From NCBI RefSeq assembly GCF_006345805.1, contig NC_043001.1:21018001-21082000 (forward strand): 64,000 nt of DNA, in the 5' to 3' direction. Made by a program: the position numbers and the translations under genes. The first letter of the stretch is position 1. The number at the start of each line of letters is the position of its first letter. The notes beneath the pieces were generated by a model, which had not been told where the DNA came from, ran no database searches, and was given only the letters and a program-made list of their open reading frames with translations. This document shows positions 52,915 through 64,000 of the stretch, piece after piece. Source of the stretch: Octopus sinensis (taxonomy: Eukaryota).

Positions 52915-53452
52915 GGTCTCGCTGGCTTTTCATCGGATACAACGACAAGTGTTCCAGTTGACCCAATCAGTGGAAACAGCCTGCTCATGAAATTAACATG
53001 CGAATGGCTGAGCATACCTATTTCTTTGCTACCCACAAGGGGCTAAACACAGAGAGGACGAACAAGGACAGACAAACGGATTAAGGCGATTATATCGACC
53101 CCAGTGTGTAACTGGTACTTATTTAATCGACCCCGAAAAGATGAAAGGCAAAATCGACCTCGGGGGAATTTGAACTCACAACGTAGCAGCAGACGAAATA
53201 CGGCTACGCATTTCGTCCGGCGTGCTAACGTTTCTGCCAGCTCGCCGCCTTATGACTGAGCATACCCTTAATGTAGTTCTCAGGGAGACACAGAATGTGG
53301 AAATACAGGTACAACTCATTTTTGCCAGCTGAGAAGACTGGAGTAACATGAAATAAAGTTTCTTGCTTTAAGGACACAACATACTGCTAGGAATTGAACT
53401 CGGGGCCTTACAATAGTGAGCCAAATACCCTAACCACTAAGTCAAGCACCTT
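52915..53452 (-). mobile_element. SINE-H interrupted by SINE-C (53019-53251)
   Basis: 15-bp TSD atggctgagcatacc (53004) / atgactgagcatacc (53252). Confidence 0.85.
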
Positions 53453-53814
53453 TATGAATCTATGGCCTTACATTGAACAATTAGTGCTTTCTATATCCAT
53501 CATCATTTTATGTCTGCTTTCTCCTGCTGCATGGAACACAGAGAGTTTTTGAGGCAGATTTTTTACAACCAGATCCCTTCTTGTAACCAATCATGTCCTG
53601 TTTCCCCAGGCATGGAAGCAATACTGAGAACCAAAGGGTGTCAAACATAACTTGACAAAGACTACAATATTAGGAAGTAGGAAACCACACTGGACCCTAC
53701 TTCCATCAGAAAAATGGTTTTGCTTGAGATGTGCAAAAAGAGTAGGTAGTAAAATCAACAAAGTATACCCAACGCAAACCATGGATATACAAAGTGATGT
53801 ATAATCATAGGCAG

Positions 53815-54490
53815 GTTAGCAGAGAAAGCAGACTGTGTGTGTGGCATATATACAAGAGCAATGAACACTAAGAGCACATGGGGAAATAAATTCTTTCAAA
53901 TACCCAGGAGGATCCTTAAAAGTAGCTGATAGCTTTTGTTACCTAGGTGACCTAAGTAGCAGTGGAGAATGTTATGAAAATGTAGTGCCAGAGTAAGAAC
54001 AGACTGGGGAAAGTTCAGAAAGTTATTATTTCCTTTGGTAATAAAAGGTTTTTTTTTTCTCAGAGTGAAAAGCACATTGTATGATGCTTGTGTATGAACT
54101 GCAATGCTGCATGGCAGTGAATGTATATGACATAAACAGATCAGAAGGAGATGAAGCAAGCATGCTCCTCTGAATGTGCACAAACAACAGAATGCAAATG
54201 TGTTGAGAGAAGAACAGTATAAAAGGAATCAAATGAAGAGTGTAAGAGAGAAGAATGCATTTGGTATGGACGTGAGATGAGGACAGCTGAATGAAAAAGT
54301 GTTGATTGCTTACAATGGATGGAACCTTTGGAAGAAGGCAATCCAGGAACACACGGAATAAAACAATGACTGAGCTCAAGATATACTGAACCTCACAGAG
54401 GAAATGACAAAGGACGAAGACAAATGGGGACATTCAGACCTTGAGAAAACTCTCCCATCTAAGCAAAGATCATGGAACTGATATTAAAGA
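53815..54490 (+). mobile_element. Decayed RTE LINE 3' fragment, same family as 44251-45548
   Basis: Reads SLKVADSFCYLGD, WGKFRKLL and LYDACV.TAMLHGSE. Confidence 0.78.
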
Positions 54491-54779
54491 GGTGATATGC
54501 GCATAATGTGTATGCACATATCTGGGTCCCTTGCTCAATGTGTCCCTGTCAAGTTTACATCTGTTGTTACTACCTCATCCTCCTATCACTCATCTTCCAT
54601 CACTCTTCTATCTACTATATTATTATTCTGCTGTGAACCCATTTCTACATATATCTTCATTCCTTCTATACTGCCAAACATTACACCCACTTCTCTGAGC
54701 TGTTTCCTTATAACATCTATCCTTCATTCTTCTCACGGACCCCCTATACGACAGCTTGCATCATCAATCAGTAGCATCT

Positions 54780-55137
54780 TTTATCTTTTACTTCTTTCAG
54801 TCATTAGATTGCAGCCATACTGGAGCACTGACTTGAAGAATTTTAGTTGAACAAATTGACCCTAGTACTTATTTTTTTTATAAAGCCAGATACTTATTCT
54901 ATCAGCCTCTTTTGGCAAGCTGCTAAGTTACCGGGATGTAAACACACACACACACACACACACACATATGTATGACGGGCTTCTTTTAGTTTCCATTTAC
55001 CAAATCCATTCACAAGGCTCTGGTCGGCCCGAGGCGATAGTAAAAGACACTTGCCCAAGGTGCCGCACAGTGGAACTGAACCTGGAACCATGTGGTTGGT
55101 AAACATTCTACTTACCACACAGCCACTCCTGTGCCTA
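54780..55137 (-). mobile_element. SINE-A
   Basis: Reverse complement of the consensus. Confidence 0.85.
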
Positions 55138-55211
55138 CATACACACATTATATATATATATATATAATATATATATATAATATATAATATATATATATAT
55201 ATATAATATAT

Positions 55212-55243
<32 letters not shown>

Positions 55244-55269
55244 AAACGTAAAAAATATATATGCATGAT

Positions 55270-55493
55270 CATATATATACATAAACATATATCTAAAAAT
55301 TAATATTTATATATACATACATATATAAACATATATATATATACACACACACACACTTCATTTTTATGTATGTAAGTGTATATATATATATATATATATA
55401 TATGCATACATATATATGTGTATATATATATGTTTATATATGTATGTATATATAAATATTAATTTTTAGATATAATGTTTATGTATATATATG
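55270..55493. repeat. AT-rich inverted repeat, ~76-bp arms, ~71-bp spacer
   Basis: atacataaacatatatctaaaaattaatatttatatatacatac pairs with gtatgtatatataaatattaatttttagatataatgtttatgtat. Confidence 0.85.
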
Positions 55494-55692
55494 CACATGT
55501 GTGTGTGTTTACCCAGAACAATTTCTAAAGTGGTCGCAAAACAACCTCTACAGTTTGGGTACCATAATACAATGTACCCAACACCAAAGTGGTAGGTAAT
55601 ATGAAGGGCATCTGACTGTATAAATCTGATTCAATAAACTCCAGTTGACTATGCAAGCATGGAAAAGTAGATGTTAAAATCAATGACGATGA

Positions 55693-56086
55693 TGATAATA
55701 TCATCATCATCATTTAACATTCATTTTCCATGCTGGCATGGGTTGGACAGTTTGACTCGAGCTGTCAAGGCCAGGGGTCACACGAGGCTCCATTGTCTAT
55801 TCTGGCATAGTTTCTTCAGCTGGATGCCCTTCCTAATGCTAACCATTCCATAGAGAGTGTACTGGGTGCTTATAATGTGGTACCAGTACATTATACTGGT
55901 ATAATGATAATATCATCATCATCATTTAACGTTCGTTTTCCATGGGTTGGACAGTTTGACTCAAGCTGTCAAGGCCAGGGGCCACACGAGGCTCCATTGT
56001 CTGTTCTGGCATAGTTCTTCAGCTGGATGCCCTTCCTAATGCTAACCATTCCAAAGAGTGTACTGGGTGCTGATAATGTGGTACCA
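55693..56086 (-). repeat. Older tandem duplication of an element B variant (period 212)
   Basis: tgataatatcatc at 55693 and 55905; several substitutions and a small deletion between copies. Confidence 0.87.
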
Positions 56087-56519
56087 ACACGATTCCTTTT
56101 TCTTAAGTGGCACCCGCATCAGTATCAATTCTGGTGAGGTAGGGGGGGGGGTCTTCTTGAATACAGCAATGCACCAGATATCTCAATCCTTAGTCATCTT
56201 CATAAGGCTCAGTGTCTTGATATGCATATATATATGCATGAATGCATAGAGAGAGAAAGAGAAAGTGAGATACATAAATATAATATATTCCCTGGTGTTG
56301 CCCACGAAATAAAGCATGCAGTTGCTAGCAAATTTGGTGAAAGGGAATATGGGAATCATGATAATTCGACATTATCATTTCAAACACAATGCAGACATCA
56401 TTTGTAACATATATACATGTTTCTATTTTTCCTTAAAATATTACTCATGTTTTAATAACCATTATTAAAAAAAAATGCCACAATACCACTGAAGCCCTGT
56501 AAATATAGTTAATATATTT

Positions 56520-56561
56520 TTAACACACACATTTACACACACGTATATGTATATATATATG

Positions 56562-56592
<31 letters not shown>

Positions 56593-56705
56593 ATATATAT
56601 ACACACACACATATACACACACGTATATGTATATATATATATGTATATATATATATACATGTATGTATATATATATATATATATATATATTACATGTATG
56701 TATAT

Positions 56706-56736
<31 letters not shown>

Positions 56737-57170
56737 ATATATAATATATATACATGTATGTATATATATATACATGTATTATATATATATATATACATGT
56801 ATGTATATATATATATACATGTATATATATATATATATAATATATATACATGTATGTATATATATTATATATATATACATGTATGTATAATATATATATA
56901 CATACATGTATGTATTATATATATATATATACATACATGTATGTATATATATTATATATATATACATACATGTATGTATTATATATATATACATACATGT
57001 ATGTATATATATATATTATACATACATGTATGTAATATATATATATATACATACATGTATGTATATTATATATATACATACATGTATGTATATATATATA
57101 TATAGATATATATATATATACACACACACATATATAAAATAAATTATATATATATATATATATGCATATA
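56520..57170. repeat. Large TA/CATGTATG compound array
   Basis: Seen directly. Confidence 0.95.
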
Positions 57171-57617
57171 TGGGCACAGGACGTCATGAAACATGTACAA
57201 CAAAAAAGTATGAAGCATGAGTACATGGAACATGAACTATTCTTTCGAACATGTGTGTGTATGTGTGTGTGTAAATACAAACACATACATACACACACAC
57301 AATGTATAAGAAATGCATATCAATAGACATCATCTTCATGTAATGTCCATGTTCTATGCTAGTACGAAATGGATGGTTTGACAGATTCTGATGGGTCAAA
57401 GAACAGCATCATACACCAGTGTCTGTTTAGCAATGGTTCCTATAGCTAGATGTTCTTCCTAACCCCAAACCACTTTGCACCATGTATTGAGTACTTTTTC
57501 CATGCCACTAGAACAGGTTGCAAGACTGCAAATCTCAAGGTGGAAAGGGACGGTTTTAAGCTAGAGGATGTGGGATTAAAGTATGAGGGAAGGAAGAGGG
57601 TAGAACATCTTGTTGAG

Positions 57618-58227
57618 CAATGGTTCTTAAGCATTTTTTTGCCTGTGGACCCCTTTGATTTCTATTTTACTCCGGTGGACCCTCATATCCATTCAATATT
57701 TAAAAAAAATTCTGAACCACATGGTTCCAGGTTCAGTCTCACTGTGTGGCACCTTGGGCAAGTGTCTTCTACTGTAATCTTGGGCTGACCAAAGCCTTGT
57801 GAGTGGATTTGGTAGATGGAAACTGAAAGAAGTCTGTCATGTATATATATGTATGTGTGTGTGTGTCTTTGTATCTGTGTTTGTCCCCCACTCCCATCAC
57901 CAATTGACAACCAGTGTTGGTGTGTTTACATCCCTGTAACTTAGTAGTCCAGTAAAAGAGACAGACGGAATAAGTACTATGCTTAAGAATTAGGATTTGG
58001 GGTCGATTTGTTCAACTAAAACCCTCTGAGGTAGTACTTCAACATGGCCACAGTCAAATGACTGAAACAAGTAAAAGAATAAAAATTATTAGGAATTGTA
58101 TCAAAAAATTTGTTAAAATATTTAGTTTATTGTAGAAGTATAACCAGTTTATTGCAAATAAATTTTAACAGTAAAATCTTATATGGACCCCACAAAGGGC
58201 CATATGAAGTCTGGTTGAGAAACACTG
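57618..58227. mobile_element. hAT MITE carrying a 5'-truncated SINE-A (57715-58084, plus strand)
   Basis: caatggttcttaagc...ggttgagaaacactg; degenerate 8-bp TSD ttgttgag / ttgcagag. Confidence 0.78.
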
Positions 58228-58562
58228 TTGCAGAGGAGTTACATTATGGCTATTCACATTTAGAAGAGAGGGTGGAAGTGAATGGGTAGAGCAACAATCA
58301 TATAAATAGTGGTGATGAGGTGTCCATGTGGCCATCCCCTACTAGGTACCAGTTGAACAGGAGTCAGTGGAGACAGAGGAATTAGGAGCAAGGGTAGGTG
58401 AGGGGTCTGCAAGATTGCATGAAGGAGCCAAGAGATGGGAGGAAGAGATTGGCAACAACTATAAAAATTAAGTAGTGTTGTAGGGAGCAATGGATGAGAG
58501 GCGTGGGATGCATGACTTGAAGATGTACAATACATGTGTATGTATACACACAGACACACACA

Positions 58563-58602
<40 letters not shown>

Positions 58603-58665
58603 CACACACACATACATATATATACACACACACATATATACACACACACACACATACACACACAC

Positions 58666-58711
<46 letters not shown>

Positions 58712-58868
58712 GAAAATTAGAAAAAAAAACACCTTTTATCAATTCATTTTGAACAATTAAATTACACCATCAAGAAAATTTCATATAATAGAAATATTAA
58801 AATTAAAATAACAATAAAATGTCAATGATTAAGTAAATTGCAAAAAAATAATAAAAACGTATATAATT

Positions 58869-58912
<44 letters not shown>

Positions 58913-59121
58913 GTAATATTAGGGAATATGATTCCAAACTTACAGGGAAATAGTAATACTAAATCAAATTTCGCAATATATAATATATTTATATAAATAA
59001 GAGAAGAACCAGCATGTAGCAATTCAACAATGATATAATTAAATCATACCACATAGAAAAAAAAAATACGATAAAACATTTACCTAGAACTAAATAAATT
59101 ACAACAATTATATATATATAT

Positions 59122-59389
59122 ATATTGTATTTCGGGACGGTATTTTTTTTTACAAATAAACACACGCACTGTATATTCGTTCTTCACTCGTTTATTACTG
59201 TTCTTATTTGATCTTAAGTCCATTGTCCGGAAAATGTCACTGAAGGGGCTACAGATGTGTAACGGAAGATTTCCGGACAATGGACATGAGTTAAAATTTG
59301 AACAGTAATAAGCGAGTGAAAAACGAATATATAGTACGTGTTTATTTGGGGGAAAAAAAAAATATAATGACCGTCCCGAAATACAATAT
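59122..59389. mobile_element. Foldback/palindromic MITE-like element, ~115-bp arms, 33-bp spacer, superfamily unassigned
   Basis: atattgtatttcgggacggt...gtccattgtccggaaaat (59122-59235) is an imperfect inverse of 59269-59389. Confidence 0.8.
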
Positions 59390-60026
59390 TTGTTTCAACA
59401 CACGGTTTCACATCAAGAATCTTACAATACAAATTTATAAACGTGTACACACACACACACACACTACAGGACAATTCTGCCATAAGCATCTTCCTATTGT
59501 ACTGTTTTCATTTTTAATATACGTAGAAAATGTTCGTCAGATTTTTCATTGAAACATTAGTAATTAAAATTGTGTAATTACCTAACGAGAGTTAGATCAC
59601 ACTGGATCTTTATTTAGTAACGAAAGCACAAACCACACATATATAGCAATATTATGAAAACAATGGAAAAAGTTCTATTTTTGGACAGAATATAAAGCCC
59701 AACATTACGATAGTACCCATATATATGTAATTATATATATATTTGTGTGTGCGCGCGTGTATGGCGAAGAACGAAAATCAAAATCCGATAAACAGAACAT
59801 GTTCACATGGGTTGGAGTCAAGAGGAGGATACATCTATGGAAAACTTGCCTCAACAAGTTTCAACTGACCCATGTGTATACATGTACATGTGTGTGTGTG
59901 TATGTATGTGTTTACCGACAAATATATGAATGCATATTTTTTTTCTGATTTAGGAATTCTAGACGAGTATATAATTATATACGTGCGTGTGTGTGTGCGT
60001 AGACATACATACAGACAGACAGATAA

Positions 60027-60071
<45 letters not shown>

Positions 60072-60098
60072 CAGACAGATAGATACATACATACATAG

Positions 60099-60328
60099 AT
60101 TTCTTTATTGGCCACGCAGGGCTTAAACACAGAAGGGACAAAATACAAAGTAGAGCTTTTCTTTTTGGGAAGAAGAGAAGAGGGAGAAAAAAAAAAAGGG
60201 GGGGGGGGCAAATTCCGATCAAAAGGGATCGTGAAAAAAAGGGGAGGAATTCCGATAAAAAGGGATCATGAAGAAAAAAAAGTGGATCCGATCAATAGGG
60301 ATCGTGTATCAGAGAAATGTCAATGTAA

Positions 60329-60331
<3 letters not shown>
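60099..60331 (-). mobile_element. Retroelement 3' end sharing the SINE-C tail, embedded between (GATA)n arrays
   Basis: Minus strand ends tttgtcccttctgtgtttaagcccctgcgtggccaataaagaaat, then a (ctat)-type tail. Confidence 0.6.
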
Positions 60332-60405
<74 letters not shown>

Positions 60406-60439
60406 CAGATAGATAGATAGACGGATAGATAGATAGACG

Positions 60440-60493
<54 letters not shown>

Positions 60494-60575
60494 CGGATAG
60501 ACAGACAGACAGACAGACAGATAGATAGACAGACAGACAGATAGATAGATAGATAGAAGATAGATAGATAGACAG
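60332..60575. repeat. (GATA)n/(GACA)n array; a shorter one lies at about 60023-60085
   Basis: Seen directly. Confidence 0.95.
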
Positions 60576-61164
60576 ACAAGAGGAAGAAAATGGTAATGAT
60601 GTAGTGAACAACGAAGACAGCTCTATAAATGAAAACATCTGAATAAACTGAAAATCTCTGTCTACAGCCTATCTCTATCCATCTATCTGTCTATTTCTAT
60701 CTACAATGCACGTGTCAGCATTGTTAGACTAAAGCACTAAAAATGAATATTGAGTTTCAAAGGCTGTTTGTTCCTTCCATTATTTCTACCCAATATCATA
60801 TCACACTATTCAACACAACTCCACACAGCTCGTGTGATGAATGAGTACAAACTTTTCACGTCTCATTTCAGTCAGCGTATCTGCAAATGTATATTCTTTA
60901 ATGCTTTAACTTGTTCTAGTCCATAACAGCTAAAAACTCATGTTGGAGTATTATAAAACCTCCGTTATGTGTTTTACAGACTTACTCTGCATATCTTAAC
61001 GAAGAACAAAGAATATGATGAAACTTTTCTTCCGTTATCTACTCCAGCCCAAAGTAGTTTTCTTTTAAAATCATAGCAGGGAAAATAGGTAGTAATAAAT
61101 CTTATTGTGATAAATAATTGTACAGTAAAACTTTCCATAGACGGTATTTCGTTCAATAAATAAA

Positions 61165-61330
<166 letters not shown>

Positions 61331-62294
61331 TTATGTTATATATAACATAATTACATATATATGTGTATTTATGTTATATATATATATTACGAGAGGGGGA
61401 AAAAGAGATTGATATATGTGTATATACATGTATGTATATATATATGTTTTGTTATGCATACAACCCTATTTATAACATACATACATACATACATACAGAT
61501 TATATCTTTGTATATAAGTGTGTATATTATATGTATATGTGCTTAAATGTTCATTCGTCCGTTTGTATACATTTATAGCATATATGACACATGTATATAT
61601 ATATATTTATTTATTAAGAAGTTAATGTGCACAAAAATAAGAGAACACGAGAGAGAGAAGTTTTAACAAATGATGTATTAGTTTAAAGGCTTTAAAAGAA
61701 GGGGGGAAATACACCCAGTACATTCTGTATTGATGTTAGAAAGGGTATACAGCTATAGAGACCAAGATAAAAATGAAACTTAGATATAGTCTTCTAAAGT
61801 TTCTACACGAACAGTAATGCCTAGTCCAACTCATGCCAGCATCGAAAGTGAACGTAAAACGAAGTTGGTGATAGTGATGATGATGATGATCATGATGTGT
61901 GTGTGTGTGCATGCTTGAGTGTGTGTACACATAATTTATATATGCAAATTATATATATCTTTTAAACCTATAGATTTAATAAACAGATGCGCGTGTATTA
62001 TTTAAAAGGATATGAATGTGTTTTTATATTATACAAAAAAATTTTTTCTGTAGGATGAGGGTATATATATGAATACACACACATATATATATATATAGAG
62101 AGAGATGATGATAATGATGAGTGTGAGTGCTATTGTATAATTTTAATTCTCCCAAATAATACATATATATTAAGATGGGCATAAGTACAGATTTCTGTGC
62201 CCACCCCGACTCTGGATGCACGACCGTGTTTATGTTTTATCTATTCTATTAAAGAAATGTCATAATTCCTTATCACAACGTTTGAAGAAAAACT

Positions 62295-62377
62295 GATCCA
62301 TACACACACATGTATGTATGTATGTATGTATGTATGTATGTATGTATGTATGTATGTACGTGTGTGTGTGTGTATAC

Positions 62378-62408
<31 letters not shown>

Positions 62409-62475
62409 CGTGTGTGTATATATATATATGTGTGTGTGTATATATATATATATTTATATATATATATATATAGGC
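62295..62475. repeat. (TATG)n/(TG)n/(TA)n compound microsatellite
   Basis: Seen directly. Confidence 0.93.
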
Positions 62476-63348
62476 GCGCGCGTGTACACACGGACAAATG
62501 TGTCGTTTGCGTGCGTGTATACATAATATAATTATCTTGTATATATTGAGCACAGAGATTAGCATTGGTCCGCCAGGGATCATTGTATTTCTTTACATAT
62601 TGTGATGCTCACATAGTTGTTTCTCACACAACAATCAAGGCAAGATGAGATGCTGTGACATTCATCCATCCAATTCTCAAGAGAAATGTCGGGCGGGCAC
62701 TTGCGAAATCGGAATTTACCAAAACTGAAAATTTCGTTCCTCATAAATTTATTAACTTATGAGTTGATAAATAAATTATTCAATAAACTTATCAAGAGAT
62801 TGGTCAATATAAAGGTTTTTAGGAGAGAAATGGAAATATTTGGGGCTTATTATTTCTTTTTATCCATGGATAATAAATGGTTCGAAAGGAATTATATGCA
62901 TGTATCTTACAGATTCCCTCTGTTAAATATGCTGACACCCACTTTACTTACTGTTTGTTTATCATGCAGATGGTGTCTTCTCTGAAATAATTATTACATA
63001 CATTATAAGTTTAATAAATAGATTATCCAGAGATAAATCTGATCTTGGAGGCAGGAACTGATGAAAATTGAATTCAGAGCATATTGTCATCAAAAGTTTA
63101 ATTATAACACATGCAGCAAAAACACAAAGGTTTATAGAATAGGAAATGATGAGATTTCACAACGTTTATACCTTTACCAAAAAGCATTAGCGACGTAAGT
63201 GGAATGGAATGAGTAATTAAGAAATAAAATTGGGTTCAGATCTCTGTTAAACAGAAGTTTACATCCACTGTACGTCGCTCAATACTTTTCAACATGTAAT
63301 AATAAGAAATAACAATAATTGTTTAGAAAGAAAAAAAAAGTACATTAC

Positions 63349-64000
63349 CTCCCTAGCATAGTTATACTTTGCTTTCAAAATTAACCGAAATAGCCTGGTT
63401 TTATTATCTTCTTCAAAGGGCATCTCTCCACTGAGTAAGATGAAGGTGATAACCCCAACTGCCCAAAGATCTACCTGAGAAGTATATGGCTTGCGAGCCA
63501 AAATTTCAGGTGCGATGTATTCCGGAGTTCCACAAGCCGTATTCATCCAGTTATCAGGACCTTTACGCGTTGCGGATAACCCAAAGTCTGTAATCATAAT
63601 TTTGGAATCGTTTCCAGGATGATAATAAAGCAAGTTCTCCGGTTTAAGGTCCCTGTGTGTTATTCCAAGACTGTGCAAATAACGCACCCCTTCAAAAACC
63701 ATCTTTAAAACAGTTATAGCATCTGCTTCGGAAAAATATCCTTTTCCGATAATTCTATCCAACAGGTCTCCACCCGTAGCCAGTTCCATCACCATATAAA
63801 CTTTCTGCTTGCATTCGAAAACTTCAACAAGTTGTATTATATTAGGGTGTCTAACTCGACGCAAAACATTAAGTTCTGACTCAAATACTTCACGTCCTTC
63901 AGTTCGATTAATCATTTTGATAGCATAGGGCTGTTTAGTAATTTTGTGTTCAACACGAACGATTTTACTGAAGCTCCCTCTGCCAATTAGTGCTTTTATA
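63349..64000 (-). CDS. PSKH1: Coding exon (5'-partial, runs off window) of a PSKH1-like Ser/Thr protein kinase, CAMK group
   Basis: Frame from 63999 reads IKALIGRGSFSKIVRVEHKITKQPYAIKMIN...HRDLKPENLLYYHPGNDSKIMITDFGLS...TACGTPEYIAPEILARKPYTSQVDLWAVGVITFILLSGEMPFEEDNKTRLFRLILKAKYNYARE. The LLYYHPG.DSKI.ITDFG and EH+.T+QPYAIK motifs are PSKH1-like. HRD, DFG and APE are intact. Donor GAG|gtaatg at 63349/63348, phase 0. Confidence 0.93.

Noticed and set aside
60214-60306. CRISPR-like look of the palindromic repeat-spacer array
   Set aside because: Only three units, low-complexity 16-17-nt spacers, eukaryotic context and no cas genes.
63289-63915. ORF-track boundaries of the kinase
   Set aside because: The Met at 63915 is internal (the frame is open to the window edge), and the last 20 residues (VMYFFFL...) are intron read-through past the GT donor at 63348.

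Overview
AT-rich, repeat-dense eukaryotic genomic DNA. The mix of SINEs, MITEs and (TA)n/(GATA)n arrays looks like an Octopus (coleoid cephalopod) genome; this species call is inference. The only recognisable protein-coding sequence is a large minus-strand exon of a PSKH1-type Ser/Thr kinase at 63349 to beyond 64000. It has intact catalytic motifs and a phase-0 GT donor after ...KYNYARE. I could not find the expected downstream exon (PW..VS..AKDFI..LL...HPW) in the remaining ~63 kb, so most of the window is probably one very long intron. That interval holds: several tRNA-derived SINE families (labelled here A, A2, C, C2, H); an RTE-tailed short element (B); decayed RTE and CR1 LINE fragments; two piggyBac-type TTAA MITE families (D, E); Charlie-like hAT MITEs; two non-autonomous Helitron families; and microsatellites. 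The most interesting structures are foldback/inverted repeats that could form long dsRNA in the pre-mRNA, repeated insertions into the central (TA)n of SINE-A, nested insertions with readable TSDs, a duplication that preserves an empty CR1 site, a triple palindromic 20-bp repeat, and a candidate in-frame 15-nt microexon. Family labels are mine, and boundaries of degenerate copies are approximate.
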